Of a stretch of DNA of 64,000 nt, positions 61,368-64,000 are shown piece by piece. The notes beneath the pieces were generated by a model that saw only the letters and a list, made by a program, of their open reading frames with translations, did not search any database and had not been told where the DNA came from. The stretch is from contig NC_087247.1 of assembly GCF_037042905.1 (NCBI RefSeq), positions 12,648,001 through 12,712,000 of the forward strand, given 5' to 3'. This DNA is from Lytechinus pictus. Lineage: Eukaryota. A program made the translations under genes and the position numbers. The stretch's first letter is position 1; the number at the start of each line of letters is the position of its first letter.

Positions 61368-64000
61368 ATGAAGGCTCCATACGTCATCATCCTCTTGGCA
61401 TGCATCATTCTCCATGGCAACGGAGATGATAGTGAAGAAGGTTCGGAGGATGACAGTTCAGAGGAACAAGTGCCAGGTAAGTGTACAATTTCTTACAAAT
61501 TACAAAATGAGTGAGGTGTTGCTAGTTACACAACAAAATTCCCCCAAAAATCACTTTATTATTTATTTTATATTCCATTTCTAAATTAAAAAAAATTATA
61601 AAATAAAATAAAGATGTAATTTAACAATTTAATTGTACTAGTTAAGAAGTTTACGAAAAGATGGCGGACGGCATGCAGGATGGAAGGCTGAAATATATAT
61701 AAATAAATATATATATATATATATTCTGCGCATGCTCTGTCCTGGAGTGCCTTTGACTAAACACGGGCAGCCAATCGGTCTTTTTTCTCATCCGTCATGT
61801 GTTGCAAGCTCCCTCATAGCGATTTTGTTCGCAATTACAACTGGAACGGATTCTACAACACAGTAAATCAATGAAAATGCCCGTCAAATAACAATGGACA
61901 GCTTAAATGACTTTGTCGAAAATTGGTGTTACCGGGACAGCAGATCGATCGTCCTAAGATTCGGAGCTCACGAAAAATTGCAAATAATTTCGTTTGTCCA
62001 GAGTCCAGGATGGCACTGCTGTTTTGATTCACCGACTTTCGACAAAGAATTATATGTCATGAAGGGCTTTTGACAATAAATTCTCAACGTTCCACAAAGT
62101 GTCTGTGTTGTGCTGCGAAACCTCCCTAAATATTGCTTGACTCTAACCCTTCATGGCTTAAAAGGCAGACTGTGATAGAAAATGATTTATTCATTAAACC
62201 CTAGTGTTAAATATTCCATGCAGTTGATTTTCTGGTGACACGACATTTGTTCCTGCGACAAATGCTCTTGGCTTAATTTCGTCCAAGATTTGGGTTTGGG
62301 GATAGGTTTAGGACAGGGTATAGTGTTAAACCCAGGGTTGAAGTTGGTCATTCAGTCAGTGTGTGGAATGTAGAGCGGAGCAATTGTCGCCGGAGCAAAT
62401 GTCATGGAACCGATGTCCTTCTTTTAAGCTTGGAGAAACACAGATAAAACAAGTTATATTTTTATGTTTTCATTTTTTTTCTTTGGTTGCAGCCCAAAAT
62501 AATTGTCCAAGATGCCATCCAAACCCTGATCCGAGATCTACTGTGTGTGGTATCATTGGTGGTATATATAGAGGAATATATAGATCGGAATGCCACCTTC
62601 GACAAGTCGCCTGTTACAATGGGAATGCTCAGTCGAGAGTAGTGCATTGGGCAGAATGTATGACACGCCCACCGGTCAAGCCAGTAACACCAACCCGTAA
62701 GTTACATCGTATTTATTAAAAACATGAATGAAGTTAATAACTTAATAGCAGACGAATCAATGTCGCGTCATCATGGTCATGTTGCTTGTTTAAAAAAGTT
62801 TAGATTTCGACGTTGATACCCCCAAAATTGTCAACTTTCTAAGTTATGGTGGCATTTCAGAAACTTTACCCTTTTTACCTGGGTTAAGATGTTAACGACG
62901 TCTATAGTCTACCTCTACTATGCAGGCGAGACCCCCCCCAAAAAAAAAAATTAATAATAATAAATAAATAAATAAATAAAGAAATAATAAATAAAGTGAT
63001 AATAAATAAATAATAAAAAAAATGCAAAAACAAAACAGAAGAGAGAGCATGTCTTTTGGAGAAAAATTTTACCCTGCCAATAAGGTGATTTCAATAAAAG
63101 CAGGATAAATAAATACAATAATAATTAGTAAAGCTTTGATGAAAGTCTGTCAAAGAATAATGCAGATATAAATGTTAAAAGATTAAATTTACAGAAACGG
63201 GAGTTTTAACTCCATCCTTACTAAATGTATGCTTGACATGGCTTTTGATTATGAATGAAGTAGCAGTCACACCAATTGGTCCATCTCTTGACCGATCAAA
63301 ACTTATACGTTGCCGTAAATGGCATACCGTGGTCGGTTTGGGGTCTTGTTTTGTCTGTGTGAAAGGGGCAGTATTGGGAGTTTCCGCAAAACTACGCAGA
63401 CGCCTTCTGGAACGTTGAGAATCTATTGTCTAAAGCCCTTCACCACGAAGGAGTCTTTGTCGAAAATCGCTAAATCCAAACAGCAGTGTCGTCCAGGACT
63501 CTAAACAAGCGACATTTTTCGCCTGCTCCGAAATCTAGAAGGATATCCTTAGTGTCCAGGTTCACTAATTTTCGACACTGGCATGTTCAATAGATTTTCA
63601 ACGTTCCAGAAAGCGGCTGCGTAACGTTGCGAAAACTCGCTAATCTTTACTCAACTAATCACAGGTCTCCCAAACCAACCAATCGTGTGACACTGAAAAT
63701 AATAGCTAGACTGGTCTGGAGTTGGTTCCGTAGATATGACTGTGGTCATATCCTTTTACAGTTCCTTATGCTGTTCACAACACTTAAGTTCTCCAAAATG
63801 TCTGTCTTATTCTAGGAGTCCCTACTACCAGGAGAATTAAACCAACTCGTCGTGTTACTCCAGCTCCAACGACAAGGAGATCGACTCCGGCAACGACCAC
63901 GACGATGGCCCCCGTGATGACGACGCCATGTCCAGATTCGTGTGACCTGGTACTAGAGCCGGTATGCACGACCGTAGGAACCTACCAAAGCGAATGCACT
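61368..64000 (+). CDS. Secreted Kazal-domain protein, paralog of gene 2 (5' part only; runs off the window)
   Basis: Exon 61368-61476: MKAPYVIILLACIILHGNG DDSEEGSEDDSSEEQVP (acceptor at 61340). Exon 62493-62696: Kazal CPRCHPNPDPRSTVCG...YRSECHLRQVAC...WAEC. Exon 63816->64000: Thr/Pro/Arg linker then CPDSCDLVLEPVCTTVGTYQSEC. Phase-1 GT-AG junctions. Confidence 0.85.
61875..62125. repeat. Interspersed repeat, same family and orientation as 1740-1981
   Basis: Collinear match by eye from AAAATGCCCGT to GCGAAACCTCC. Confidence 0.75.
63378..63638. mobile_element. MITE form of the 1740-1981 family with both ~50-bp termini
   Basis: GAGTTTCCGCAAAACTACGCAGACGCCTTCTGGAACGTTGAGAATCTATTG ... CAATAGATTTTCAACGTTCCAGAAAGCGGCTGCGTAACGTTGCGAAAACTC form inverted repeats. 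Confidence 0.7.

Overview
This is AT-rich, intron-rich animal genomic DNA, most likely from a marine invertebrate such as a sea urchin (inferred from gene and repeat style, not proven). There is one assembly gap at 57681-57905. Hand-splicing gives three secreted-protein genes. (1) Minus strand, 28967->3140: 32 GT-AG coding exons that join into one frame of 7257 nt (~2418 aa). It encodes an inter-alpha-trypsin-inhibitor heavy-chain (ITIH)-like protein with THREE tandem VIT+VWA modules, each with an intact MIDAS. It also has a signal peptide, an RVKR furin-type site, an Arg/Trp/Pro/Thr repeat stalk and one ITIH C-terminal domain lacking the DPHFII motif. (2) Plus strand, 33083->44409, head-to-head with gene 1: 19 exons (~786 aa) encoding three Kazal domains and a very acidic Ser/Glu/Pro region. 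That region is built from 12 tandemly amplified phase-1 exons, and the introns of the younger array carry a fold-back element. (3) Plus strand, from 61368 past the window end: a paralogous Kazal gene without the acidic array. The non-coding DNA holds several MITE families, tRNA-derived SINE heads, microsatellites, a fully foldable tRNA-like sequence with a UCA anticodon and a nearby minimal hammerhead-like motif. All gene models are manual and lack transcript support.
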